This document shows positions 1-8,538 of a stretch of 64,000 bases of DNA, piece by piece. Source of the stretch: Myxococcota bacterium (GTDB lineage Bacteria; Myxococcota_A; UBA9160; UBA4427); assembly GCA_965250285.1 (NCBI GenBank), contig OZ252299.1, forward strand, positions 448,001 to 512,000, written 5' to 3'. Numbering within the stretch: position 1 is the stretch's first letter; each line of letters starts with the position of its first letter. Under the pieces are notes generated by a model. The model made no database searches. It was not told where the DNA came from and worked only from the letters and a program-made list of their open reading frames with translations. The position numbers were made by a program, and so were the translations under genes.

Positions 1-537
1 CTTGTGACAGCTGATGCACGTCTTGCCGCGGGTCATCGACGTGGAGTGGAACTCCTGTGCCCTCGGTGACTGCTCGGCGAGGTCCCAGGTCGAGGTGTCG
101 TGGCAGTTCCGGCACTCTCGGCTGTCGTTCGACTCCATGTCCCGCCAGACGCGCGTCGCCATCGTCATGCGGTGCGCCTCGAACTTCTCGGGTGTGTCGA
201 TCGTTCCGGCGAGATGGTGGTAGACCTCCATCACGGCGCGCGCCTTGCGCATGTACTTCGGCACGACCTCGTTCGGGATGTGGCAGTCGGCACAGGTCGT
301 GCGGAAGCCGCGCGCGTTGAGCGCGTGCGAGCGCGTCTCGTAGTCGATGCCGATGTTGACCTCGAGCTCGTGACACGACAGGCAGAAGGCGTCGGTGCTG
401 GTGGCGTGCATCGAGTAGTCGAATGCGAGCAGGCTCATCACGCCGCCCACGATGCCGACACCCACGAGAACGCCGAGGGCGACGGTCGGGTGCGGCGTCG
501 CGATGCGTTCCCAGACGTTGCGCAGCCAGTCTCTCAT
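1..537 (-). CDS. NapC/NirT family membrane-anchored tetraheme cytochrome c (3' end runs off the window)
   Basis: Not in the ORF track. Manual translation from ATG 537 (GAGG upstream) gives MRDWLRNVWER..., an N-terminal TM helix and four CxxCH motifs (CLSCH, CADCH, CRNCH, CISCH), plus NapC-like 'TIDTPEKFEAHR'. Confidence 0.9.
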   Translation of the reverse strand, partial: MRDWLRNVWERIATPHPTVALGVLVGVGIVGGVMSLLAFDYSMHATSTDAFCLSCHELEVNIGIDYETRSHALNARGFRTTCADCHIPNEVVPKYMRKARAVMEVYHHLAGTIDTPEKFEAHRMTMATRVWRDMESNDSRECRNCHDTSTWDLAEQSPRAQEFHSTSMTRGKTCISCHK

Positions 538-638
538 CTCGCGCCTCGCACCCCTCGACGGATGACGAGAGCGTATCTCCGACCGATCCCGCCGCGCAAT
601 CGCGGGTCGTCGGACGCCCAGGAGGCGAGTGCCGGCCC

Positions 639-1481
639 CTAGGCGAAGCGCAGCGCGTCGCCGACGCGCACGGTGCCGGGCTCGGTGACCTTCGCGTAGA
701 GACCGAGGCAGGGCATCTGCATGCCCATGAACTCTCGCCGGTTCTCGCGGACGAGCGTCTTCAGCACGCGCGGATCCTTGGGCAGCCCGACCTGCGCGCG
801 TGTCGTCATGATGCAGCGGGGCGCGGCGCTGCCGAACTCGAGGGTCGCCTCACCGAGCTTTGCGGTGCGGCCCGTCCAGTCGTTCTCGACGAAGCCTTCG
901 GCGTCGCCGGTGTCGATCAACAGGCTCGGTCGAAAACGACCGACCTCGATCTGGCTGTCGGCCGCCAGCTCAGCCAGCTTGGCCATGCTCGCCGTCGTGA
1001 GCACATGGAGCGGTTCGAGGTCGGCGAATGAACCCGCCTCGGCGAGCGCCATGGGCAGGTCGATGTCGGCGCCGGCGAGCGGGAGGTCTTCGATCTCGGG
1101 CCAGTAGCTGTCGTAGACCTGGTCGGGCGAGCCCGCGGCCACCAACTCGACCGGGTGGTTCAGCGCCTCGGAGCAGGCGTCGGAGAATGCCGCGATGTCG
1201 TCGGCGCGGAGCGTCTTGCCGTCGATCGTCGCTTCGATGGGCGGGAGCGGCTCGCCCACGGCGGGTTCACTCACGTACTGCGCGCCAAACTCGAGGATCC
1301 GCTCGCCGAGCTTGCCGTGCTTGCCGCTGACGATCTTGCCCGATTCGCGGTTGCGCAGCGCGAGTACGCGATCGGCGTGGATGCCCGTTTCACCCAGGAT
1401 CGTTTGGTCGATGGACTCGCCCTGAAACGACTTGATCGGAAAGCGCCAGATCATCTTCAGCTCGCCCACGGCTTCGCTCAT
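639..1481 (-). CDS. MOSC domain-containing protein
   Basis: N-terminal 'IWRFPIKSFQGE', 'RFRPSLLI', conserved 'PRCIMTT' Cys and 'GLYAKVTEPGTVRVGD'. Start moved to ATG 1481 (AGAGGAG RBS). Confidence 0.9.
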   Translation of the reverse strand: MSEAVGELKMIWRFPIKSFQGESIDQTILGETGIHADRVLALRNRESGKIVSGKHGKLGERILEFGAQYVSEPAVGEPLPPIEATIDGKTLRADDIAAFSDACSEALNHPVELVAAGSPDQVYDSYWPEIEDLPLAGADIDLPMALAEAGSFADLEPLHVLTTASMAKLAELAADSQIEVGRFRPSLLIDTGDAEGFVENDWTGRTAKLGEATLEFGSAAPRCIMTTRAQVGLPKDPRVLKTLVRENRREFMGMQMPCLGLYAKVTEPGTVRVGDALRFA

Positions 1482-1544
1482 CGTTGCTCTCCTCTTGGAT
1501 CGGTCGTCTCGCACGTCGGCGCCGCGCGCCGCAAGCCACTCGAT

Positions 1545-2210
1545 TCAGGCGTCGCTCGAACACGTCGCGAATGCGTTGCGACGAGCCTCGGCCCGCGCCG
1601 GCCCGAAAGGCAGCTCGCCTACTTTCTGCCACGCGGCCCTGCAGGCGTCGGATGGGCCGTCGCTCGACGTCGTCCCGTCGTCCGTCGTCGATCCGGTACC
1701 CAGCGGTTCGTTCGCGCAGGCTTCGAGCTCCATGCGAAGGGCGCGCCGCCGTTCGGGGCCGGGCGGCCAACCGCGTACCTCTCGACGAGCTTCGGCGCAG
1801 CTGGGGCCGCCGTCGCCCGACGTTGACGCGGTGCCATCGCCCGTCGGCGCCTTCGATGCGGTCGGCGCCGCACAGACCGAGTGCTGCGCGCGCTCGAGCT
1901 TCGTCTTCTTGCCCGTGCCGGTGACCCAGACGCAGTCGCCCGGCAAGAGCGAGTTGTCGTCGCTCTCGATCCGCAGGTCACCGCCGCTCGGCATCAGGTT
2001 GACGATGTACGCGAAACCCGCCGACTTCCCCATCTTGAGGAAGCCGCTCGAGAGTTCGATCGGCGTGCGCGACTGGATCTCGCCGTGCAGCGCGGGTTCG
2101 TCCTGGGTCGACTCGGCGCGCGCGGGCAGGTGGGCCCACGTCGCGCAGAGCGCGATCGCGAGCGCCGCGTGGAACGCTCGGGATCGGCGATGCGTGCGCA
2201 TCGGTTTCAT
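1545..2210 (-). CDS. Hypothetical secreted protein with two C-terminal Cys-bracketed repeats
   Basis: AAGGAG RBS before ATG 2210; Sec-type signal (…AHLPARA); two C-x26-C repeats near the C-terminus. Confidence 0.65.
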   Translation of the reverse strand: MKPMRTHRRSRAFHAALAIALCATWAHLPARAESTQDEPALHGEIQSRTPIELSSGFLKMGKSAGFAYIVNLMPSGGDLRIESDDNSLLPGDCVWVTGTGKKTKLERAQHSVCAAPTASKAPTGDGTASTSGDGGPSCAEARREVRGWPPGPERRRALRMELEACANEPLGTGSTTDDGTTSSDGPSDACRAAWQKVGELPFGPARAEARRNAFATCSSDA

Positions 2211-2363
2211 CGGTTCTCCTTCGTTCGACAGCGCCGCGGCAAGCAGAAGGCGCAGGGCGCAAGGTTGCGCGATTTCGGCGCCGGCGTCGATCGACCGGCT
2301 CGGTCCGCGAAGGCCGGTGCCGGCGGATCGAGGTAGGCTCTGGGCGGATTTCGACCGAGATCG

Positions 2364-3167
2364 ATGCGAACGGCTTTTCTGCACCTCATCCACGCCCCGG
2401 GGCCCGGGCCGTCACGGCCGGAGCCGGGCGCGTCGTCGCCTGTCGGTGGCGCACGGCCGCGCTGGCTGCGCTCCCGCCGCGTGACCTGGTTGGGGGCGGC
2501 CTGCGTGATCGGGCTGCTCGCGTGGCAAGGTCATCATCTGGCGCACCTGATCCCTCGGATCGAAGCCTGGATCAGTTCGCTCGGCCCCTGGGCGCCTTTG
2601 GCGTACTTCGTGGGTGCGTTCTTGCTCGTCCCGCTGATGGTCCCCGACTCGCTGCTGGCCGTGGTGGCGGGCGTGGTGTTCGGCATGGTCGAGGGCTTCG
2701 CGATCTACTTTCCGGCCGTGTATCTCGCCAGCTTGCTCACGTTCTGGCTCGGGCGCCGCTGGCTGCGCGTTCGCGTCCTTGCGCTGCTGAAGACCCGCCC
2801 CGATCTCGATGCGATGGCGTCGGCTGCTCGCCGTGAGGGCGTACAGCTGACGTTCTGGATTCGACTCATCCCGCTGAACCCCGCCCTCGTGAGCTACGCG
2901 CTCGGCGCGGTCGGCGTGTCGCTTCGTGCGGTCGCGATCGGCAGCTTCGGCATGCTCCCTCACATGCTGCTCGGCGTGTACGTCGGCGCGGCGGCGGCAC
3001 ACGTCACGCAGATGGCCGGCGATCGCCACCAAAGCTGGACCGTGGAGGGAGCGGGCTTCGTGCTCGGCCTCGTCGCCTGCGCGGCGCTCGTCGCGCAGGT
3101 GTCACGTCTCGCGGGGCGACGCATCCAGCAGGCCGAGCGCGCCGCGTCCAGCGACGCAGACCGCTGA
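2364..3167 (+). CDS. TVP38/TMEM64 (VTT/DedA superfamily) membrane protein
   Basis: 'LLVPLMVPDSLLAVVAGVVFG', 'RLIPLNPALVSYALG' and 'GMLP' motifs; several TM helices. True start may be downstream. Confidence 0.85.
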   Translation: MRTAFLHLIHAPGPGPSRPEPGASSPVGGARPRWLRSRRVTWLGAACVIGLLAWQGHHLAHLIPRIEAWISSLGPWAPLAYFVGAFLLVPLMVPDSLLAVVAGVVFGMVEGFAIYFPAVYLASLLTFWLGRRWLRVRVLALLKTRPDLDAMASAARREGVQLTFWIRLIPLNPALVSYALGAVGVSLRAVAIGSFGMLPHMLLGVYVGAAAAHVTQMAGDRHQSWTVEGAGFVLGLVACAALVAQVSRLAGRRIQQAERAASSDADR

Positions 3168-3275
3168 TCGCATCGAGGCCACAGCGTCTTGGGGAATGGG
3201 GTCGAAGCCGAGGGACACCGCGATGACAAGACGTCCTCGACGGAGGTCGACGGGCCGTGGCGGGTGGGCGCTCGA

Positions 3276-6200
3276 TCAGAGCCAGCTGTTGATGATGATG
3301 AACGGTGCCCAGTAGTACGGATGCGTCGAAGATGCGTCCGAGATCGCTGCATGCTGGGCTCGCCGGAGCGCTTCGGCCCGGCTCACTCCGTCCTGGTTCA
3401 GCTCGCGGTAGAACCGCGCGATGAGGTCTGAAGTCGCCTTGTCGTCGACCGACCAGAGCGTGCCCAGAACGCTGCGCGCGCCCGCCCGGACGGCAATGCC
3501 CGAGAGCCCCAGGGCCGCCCGATCATCGCCCGCCGCGGTCTCGCAGGCCGACAAACCGAGCAGCTCGAGCGGCTCTTCTCGGTACTGAAAGCGCCCGATC
3601 AGCAGCTCGAGATCGTCCACCGCAAGACGTCCGTCCGATGTGAGCATGAAGCTCTCTGAGTCGGCGCCCTCGAAGACGGCATGCGTCGCGAAGTGCACGA
3701 TGCCGTAGTCGCCTTCCCGAATCCGGGTTTCGATGCCGGCCGTGCTGAAGGCCTCGTCGAGAAGAACGTCGCCACCGATCTCGTTCGAGATCGCATCGAC
3801 CTCGGCCTGAACGTTCTCGAGGGGGGCAAAGTCGAGTCGACTCTCCGTGAGCCCACCGATGAGTGCCCGCATGGTTCCCGTTGGAATCGCGCGTGGTGCG
3901 GTCATGGCCATTGAGGGAGCCACGCCGACGGACCAGCGCTCGACGAGGAAACGCTCGCCGTCGTGCAGCGCGGCCATGGGGATCGTACGCAGTGCGCCGT
4001 CTGGAACAAAGACGATCGTCTCGATCGAGGGATCGTCGAGGTAGGGCTCGAGCGGACGAACGAGGTCGTCGTAGAGCGATCGGGCAGGTTTGAGATACTG
4101 CCTCGTCGTGCGCTTGGTCAGGAGTCGCCGAAGCTGACGCACGTCGGCTTCGATCTCGGCCTGGGTGACCGGTACGGTCACGCGCTCGAGGTCGCCGTCC
4201 GGGAGCGTCACGAGCAGCTCGAGCCGGTCGGGCAGCACGATTGGGTAGACGATCAGGGCACCATGCGACACGTCATCGACGCTCTGCTCGCTCGCGACGA
4301 GCGCGTCGATGCAGGGGTCATCGAAGTAGTCGCGCAGCTCGGAGGCCTTCGAGGTCTCGATGACGTCGCGGACTCGTCGGTATCGGTGCTGCGAGTCGCT
4401 GCCTACTCCTCTTTGCTCCGACCGAAGGAGCTGATCGACGAGGCCATAGTGAACCGCTGCGATGTCGCGCCGAAAGGCGCGGTTCGGAGGCGGGGCCTCG
4501 AAACGCAGTCCCTCCAGCTGGTCGAGGGAGCGGTTGTAGGCCGCAATCGACTCGGTCGGCCGGTCCATCTGCCCCAGCGCCCGGGCCGACTGCCACTCGG
4601 CGACGTAGATCAGCTCGGGTGCATTGGCCTTTCGTGCGAGTCGCGCCGCCTCGCGCGCAAGCTGCAAGGATTCTTCGGCACGGTCTTCGTCTTCATAGAT
4701 GCGGGCCAGCCCCGACCACGCCGCCGCCGCCGAGCGAGGATCCCCGAGCGCTTCGGCCTCACTCTTGGCGGCCATCAGCTGCACATAGGCCCACTGGCGC
4801 GAGCCCGCGTGGTGCCTGGCGAGCATGCGGGCGGTCTCGGCGAGGTGCAGCCGCGTCTCGGCGAGCTCGGCTGAGGGAGGCGCGTCGGCGATGGCGGTTG
4901 CCGCCTCGTTCCACGATCTCATCGCGCTCGCCGGATCGTCCAGATCGCTCTGGATGCGCGCGGCCAGCGCCAGGGCGCGGGCCGCTGCGATCGGCAGGTC
5001 GGCATCCGATGCAGCGGACGCCGACTGCGCAAGAGCGTCGAGCGCTTCGGGTGTGCGGCCGAGCTGCTGGGCCGCCCATCCGCGCTGCAGGTGCACCCGC
5101 GCCTGGGCCTCGTGGGGCAGGGCGCTCTTCATGGCAAGCGCGTCGAGTTGCTCCAGCTGGCCTTCGGTGGCTCGCTTCTTCGATCGAGCCGCTTCGCGAT
5201 CCGCTTCGGTGAGAATCACGAGCGTAGGGTCATCGAGCGTGGCTGCCCAGGCCGCCGCCGTGTCGCGATGATCCGATGCCACGCGTTGCTGCCCCAGCGC
5301 CTCGCGGATGTCGGTGAGCGCGCGCAGCCACGTCAGGTGCTCGGCCGATGGGCCAACACCCGCGAGGCTGGCATCGAGCAGATCGGCGGCCCGTGCCCGG
5401 TGCCCTGCGCGAAGCGCTGCTTCGACTTCGGGCGGGAGCGCCCCCGGTCGAGCGCCCCCTTGTCGGGTGCCAGCGACCGTCGGCCCGAGCCAGCGATCCG
5501 GGGTCGGCGGCGTTGCGTCGCGGCGACCGACGACGAAGCTCGACTTCGCGTGGGGATCGCGAGCCGCGCACTGCGCCGCGAGCTGGCTCGAAGCGGTGAG
5601 CATCGTCTCGGGCAGAACCTGAACGCGCTCGATCAGATTGGTGTCGGCGGCGCTGATGAAGATGCGACCGTCGATGCCCAGCTCGGTCGAAGCGTCGAGG
5701 ATCGTATCGCTCGAGATCAGCACGCCACTGCCGCGGATGTCGATGTTGCCTCCGAAGCCGGTGATCGCGCCCGCTCGCACCTCAGCGCGGTTGAGGAGCA
5801 CCCGCTCACCCGAGAGCGCGACGTCCCCCCCGCTGCCATCGCCCTGGGTCGTGACGCGGGTTTCGATTCGACCCTGATCGACTTGGAGATCGGCGGTCGT
5901 CGAGATCGAGATCTGCCCACCCGCCGAGCGGGTCGCGTCGGTGACGACGGCCGCATCGGTCAGCCTGAACTCGCTCGACTCGATGTCGATCTTTCCCGAG
6001 TTGCCTGCGCCCGACGCGGCTGCACTCACGCGGGCGCCGCTTTCGATCTCGATCTGACCCGCCGAGCTGAGTTGGATGTCTCCCGACGGCTCGACCGACG
6101 CCCCATCGGTGCTGACGATGCCGCCATTGCGGATCGCGATCAGCCGGGTGCCCGTGAGCTCGATTCCGCCCCCACTCGCATCCGATCCGACCCCGCGGAG

Positions 6201-8534
6201 GTTCGTGTTGATCGAGCCCCCGTCGACGACCAGCGTCTCGGCCGCATTCATCGAGATGTTGCCGGCGTCGCCCGACAGCAGGGATGTGGCCGAGACGAGC
6301 GCGCCGTCCGTGACTCGAACGTCTCGAGCGTCGACGCGGATCTCGCCGGCCGGGCCGACGTTGCCTTCGGCGGTCATGAAGCTGTCGAGGCCGTCGACGG
6401 TGAACGTTTCGTCGACGTCGACGGTGATCGAGCCCGCCGCGCCCGCGCCGTTCGTCGTCACGCCGACGCCGGCGCCATCGAGGACGCTCATGCTTCTCGC
6501 CGAGACGATGATCTCACCCCCGTCGCCGGTCGCGGCCGACGACTCATCCGGGCCCGACTGCGAGAACACGCCCGAAGGGGTGGCGGCAGCCGCGCCTGAG
6601 AGAGTCAGTGTGTCGGCCAAAGCCAGTTCGACGTTGCCGGCGTCGCCCGCGCCGTCGGTCGTCGAGAAGATCTGCGAGCCGCCCGAAGCCGACACACTGC
6701 CGGTTTCGATTCGCACACCCAGCCGTCTTCCGTCGATCACTCGGCCGGCGTTGCCCTGACCGAGCGTCGTCGCAGCGAGGGTCGATGCGCCGTCGAGTCG
6801 GAGGCTGCCCGACGCGCCGCCCGTGACGAAGATCGTGCCCGCGTCGCCGGTTGCCGTGGTGCCCGACTCGGTTCGGATCTCCGCGCCGTCGGTGATCTCG
6901 ATCTGCCCGCCCGTCAGCATGATGTCGCCGCCGCGGCCCGTCCCGTTGGCAACCGAAGAGACGTCCGCGCCCTGGGTGACCGAAATGGATCCGTCAGGAC
7001 CGGCATCGAGTGTGATGCCGCCGATCGGTCCTGTTGACGCGCTAATCGAGTCGGTTCGGACCTGCGAGGCGTTGGAGATCGAAATCGTCGAGCCCGAGAG
7101 AGACACGCTTCCCGATCCACCGACACCCACAGTTGTCGACCCCACGAGCGAGCCATCGGACACGACGATCGCCCCCGCGTCGCCAGTCTCGATCGCAATC
7201 TCGCCGGCGTTACCCGATGCGACCCCCTCGGATGTGGTGAAAACGAGACTCGAATCGCCGATTGCGACCGAATGGGCCTCGATCTGGATCCCGGCTCCCT
7301 CCCCGTCCCCGGTCGCGAATGTCTGCGCCGCGGCCGATTCGATCACGACTTCGTGGGCTTCGAACAGGAGGGGTGCACTGCTGGCGCCCGACGAATGACG
7401 AATGCCCGAGAACAGGCCGTCGGGAAGGGTGTCGCTCACTTCGATTCGACCGCTCGACAGCCGAACGCCTCCGACTGCTTCGTCGCCGTCGCCCAACGAG
7501 CCGATCAAACTGCGGTTTCCCGACATCAGGATCTCGCCGTCGGTCTCCACGTCGACCGCCCAAGGCTCTTGCCCATCGCCCCCGGCCACTAGCTTCGACT
7601 GGTCCAGAGTGAGTCGACCGCCCCGGATCACGATGCGACCCCGGTCCGGGAACTCAGCGGCTCCACCAAAACAGAGGGTTTGATCGACACAGACGATCGA
7701 GTCATCGACGAACTCGATCTCGCCCGCGCCGATCGATGGCGTCCAACTGCTCACGTCGACGGGAACCTGGGCCCCGCCGCTCCCGACCGCCGCAACACGC
7801 ACGGTGCCGGCCCGCGAGACCAGGCCCGCCGCGTCGAACCGCACGTCGCTGGCGATGATGGTGACATCGGCCTCGGCGCCGAAGTCGAAGGGGGTGAACG
7901 ACCCGGGTAGAGAACCGGGGGCGCCCCGAAACTCGACGACGCCCGTCCCGCCCGCGTCGATCAAGAACGATGAAGGGGTGCCGCTGCTCAGCGGTGGGGA
8001 TGGGTCGTCGACGCGAAAGACCGAGGCGCCCGACGCGTCGTCGAACACCAGGCCGTCGGCGGTGGTGAGAAAGACGCTGCCCGATACGTCGACCTGCGCC
8101 CCCTCAGTGAAGAGCACGCCCATGGGGTTCAGCAGGTAGAGGCTCACGCCGGGTGAGGTCGTGAGCGGCCCCGAGATCGTCGAGCCCGTGTTCCCAGCCG
8201 CGGCATCGCCCGTCACTCGCGTGATGATGCGCTGAATCGTCGGGTCGCTGTTGAAGGTCGCGCTCTCGCCGACGTCGACGTCGAAGATGCGAAAGCTGTG
8301 GTAGAGGTTCGCTCCGCTCGCTTCGCCGTCGGCCTGATCGATCGTGAAGTCGCCCGACCGCACCGCCCCGTCGGGGTTGGGGCCAATGCTCCCGTCGAAG
8401 ACAGCCTCGCTCCGGGCCACCTGAGCGACCGCGAGCAGCGCCAGCAGCTCGAAGAGCAGTACGCCGAGCGGACCCATTCGATGGCGGCCAGGATGCGTTG
8501 CGGCCCATCGCGCCCCATACGCAGTGCTCGGCAT
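3276..8534 (-). CDS. Filamentous haemagglutinin (TPS-domain) beta-helix protein fused to TPR repeats and a C-terminal CHAT (caspase-like, clan CD) protease domain
   Basis: Signal peptide, then TPS domain ('NLYHSFRIFDV', 'IITRVTG', 'LYLLNPMGVLF'), Gly-rich beta-helix repeats (GNAGxIxI), TPR-like helices and CHAT motifs 'FVPDGALRTIPMAAL', 'IVHFATH', 'LSACETA', 'HPYYWAPF'. Start ATG 8534 (AGGA overlapping the upstream stop) or ATG 8477. Confidence 0.88.
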   Translation of the reverse strand: MPSTAYGARWAATHPGRHRMGPLGVLLFELLALLAVAQVARSEAVFDGSIGPNPDGAVRSGDFTIDQADGEASGANLYHSFRIFDVDVGESATFNSDPTIQRIITRVTGDAAAGNTGSTISGPLTTSPGVSLYLLNPMGVLFTEGAQVDVSGSVFLTTADGLVFDDASGASVFRVDDPSPPLSSGTPSSFLIDAGGTGVVEFRGAPGSLPGSFTPFDFGAEADVTIIASDVRFDAAGLVSRAGTVRVAAVGSGGAQVPVDVSSWTPSIGAGEIEFVDDSIVCVDQTLCFGGAAEFPDRGRIVIRGGRLTLDQSKLVAGGDGQEPWAVDVETDGEILMSGNRSLIGSLGDGDEAVGGVRLSSGRIEVSDTLPDGLFSGIRHSSGASSAPLLFEAHEVVIESAAAQTFATGDGEGAGIQIEAHSVAIGDSSLVFTTSEGVASGNAGEIAIETGDAGAIVVSDGSLVGSTTVGVGGSGSVSLSGSTISISNASQVRTDSISASTGPIGGITLDAGPDGSISVTQGADVSSVANGTGRGGDIMLTGGQIEITDGAEIRTESGTTATGDAGTIFVTGGASGSLRLDGASTLAATTLGQGNAGRVIDGRRLGVRIETGSVSASGGSQIFSTTDGAGDAGNVELALADTLTLSGAAAATPSGVFSQSGPDESSAATGDGGEIIVSARSMSVLDGAGVGVTTNGAGAAGSITVDVDETFTVDGLDSFMTAEGNVGPAGEIRVDARDVRVTDGALVSATSLLSGDAGNISMNAAETLVVDGGSINTNLRGVGSDASGGGIELTGTRLIAIRNGGIVSTDGASVEPSGDIQLSSAGQIEIESGARVSAAASGAGNSGKIDIESSEFRLTDAAVVTDATRSAGGQISISTTADLQVDQGRIETRVTTQGDGSGGDVALSGERVLLNRAEVRAGAITGFGGNIDIRGSGVLISSDTILDASTELGIDGRIFISAADTNLIERVQVLPETMLTASSQLAAQCAARDPHAKSSFVVGRRDATPPTPDRWLGPTVAGTRQGGARPGALPPEVEAALRAGHRARAADLLDASLAGVGPSAEHLTWLRALTDIREALGQQRVASDHRDTAAAWAATLDDPTLVILTEADREAARSKKRATEGQLEQLDALAMKSALPHEAQARVHLQRGWAAQQLGRTPEALDALAQSASAASDADLPIAAARALALAARIQSDLDDPASAMRSWNEAATAIADAPPSAELAETRLHLAETARMLARHHAGSRQWAYVQLMAAKSEAEALGDPRSAAAAWSGLARIYEDEDRAEESLQLAREAARLARKANAPELIYVAEWQSARALGQMDRPTESIAAYNRSLDQLEGLRFEAPPPNRAFRRDIAAVHYGLVDQLLRSEQRGVGSDSQHRYRRVRDVIETSKASELRDYFDDPCIDALVASEQSVDDVSHGALIVYPIVLPDRLELLVTLPDGDLERVTVPVTQAEIEADVRQLRRLLTKRTTRQYLKPARSLYDDLVRPLEPYLDDPSIETIVFVPDGALRTIPMAALHDGERFLVERWSVGVAPSMAMTAPRAIPTGTMRALIGGLTESRLDFAPLENVQAEVDAISNEIGGDVLLDEAFSTAGIETRIREGDYGIVHFATHAVFEGADSESFMLTSDGRLAVDDLELLIGRFQYREEPLELLGLSACETAAGDDRAALGLSGIAVRAGARSVLGTLWSVDDKATSDLIARFYRELNQDGVSRAEALRRAQHAAISDASSTHPYYWAPFIIINSWL

Positions 8535-8538
8535 CGTC

